64,000 nucleotides of DNA from the human T2T-CHM13v2.0 reference genome, Homo sapiens. The stretch lies in the NCBI RefSeq assembly GCF_009914755.1, contig NC_060941.1, one strand, 5' to 3'. The notes under the pieces are model-generated. The model saw only the letters and a list, made by a program, of their open reading frames with translations. It was not told the DNA's origin and searched no databases. Both the position numbers and the translations under genes were made by a program. Below are positions 63,736-64,000 of the stretch, piece after piece. Within the stretch, counting starts at the first letter, position 1. Every line of letters starts with the position of its first letter.

Positions 63736-64000
63736 TCATGCATCCGTCCACCAGGTGCTTGGTTCCCTCGCCTCGAATGTGAAGCTATCCACCCTGAGGG
63801 AATCTGTAGGAACACCATCCCAGTGGTGTTCCTAGATTCTCTCCACTGAAGGTTGGGCCAGTTTTTAAGGTGAGCTGAAATCACTCTGATGTGGTTTCTC
63901 CATCTCAGGTAGCTCCTGTACACAAAAGGGTTCTCTGCAGATGGGTAGTCTGAGGACAGAAACTTTTATTTCTTTGGGGTTTTTTTTCGAGTCTCACTCT

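Overview
Primate (almost certainly human) genomic DNA containing the 3' part of PITPNC1 (RdgB-beta, cytoplasmic class II phosphatidylinositol transfer protein) on the + strand. Bases 1-35117 lie in one long intron. It is followed by two constitutive coding exons (35118-35273, 41033-41096), a 119-nt cassette exon (52624-52742) and a terminal exon (from 58130, CDS to 58446, about 4.4 kb Alu-free 3' UTR to about 62815). The cassette exon is a tandem duplicate of the start of the terminal exon. Including it shifts the frame so the terminal exon reads ACA-TGA, giving the short isoform ending ...HAQTST instead of the long 14-3-3-binding tail. The rest is typical Alu-dense intron: about 64 Alu copies by my count, plus L1, L2, MIR, MER20, MER5A, MLT1, MER21-like and two ERV1 LTRs. 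Almost all ORFs in the supplied track are Alu-derived or chance ORFs. I found no convincing wholly new gene system. The best leads are an AUGA stop/start overlap at the isoform switch, an 89-codon open extension of the cassette exon, a 121-bp direct repeat bracketing the distal poly(A) site, a non-Alu inverted repeat of about 180 bp, an intact sense-strand solo LTR with a perfect NF-kB site, and an Alu-flanked 156-nt exon that would form a stop-free circle. Repeat family names are from visual recall of consensus sequences, and repeat boundaries are approximate (about +/-10-20 bp).
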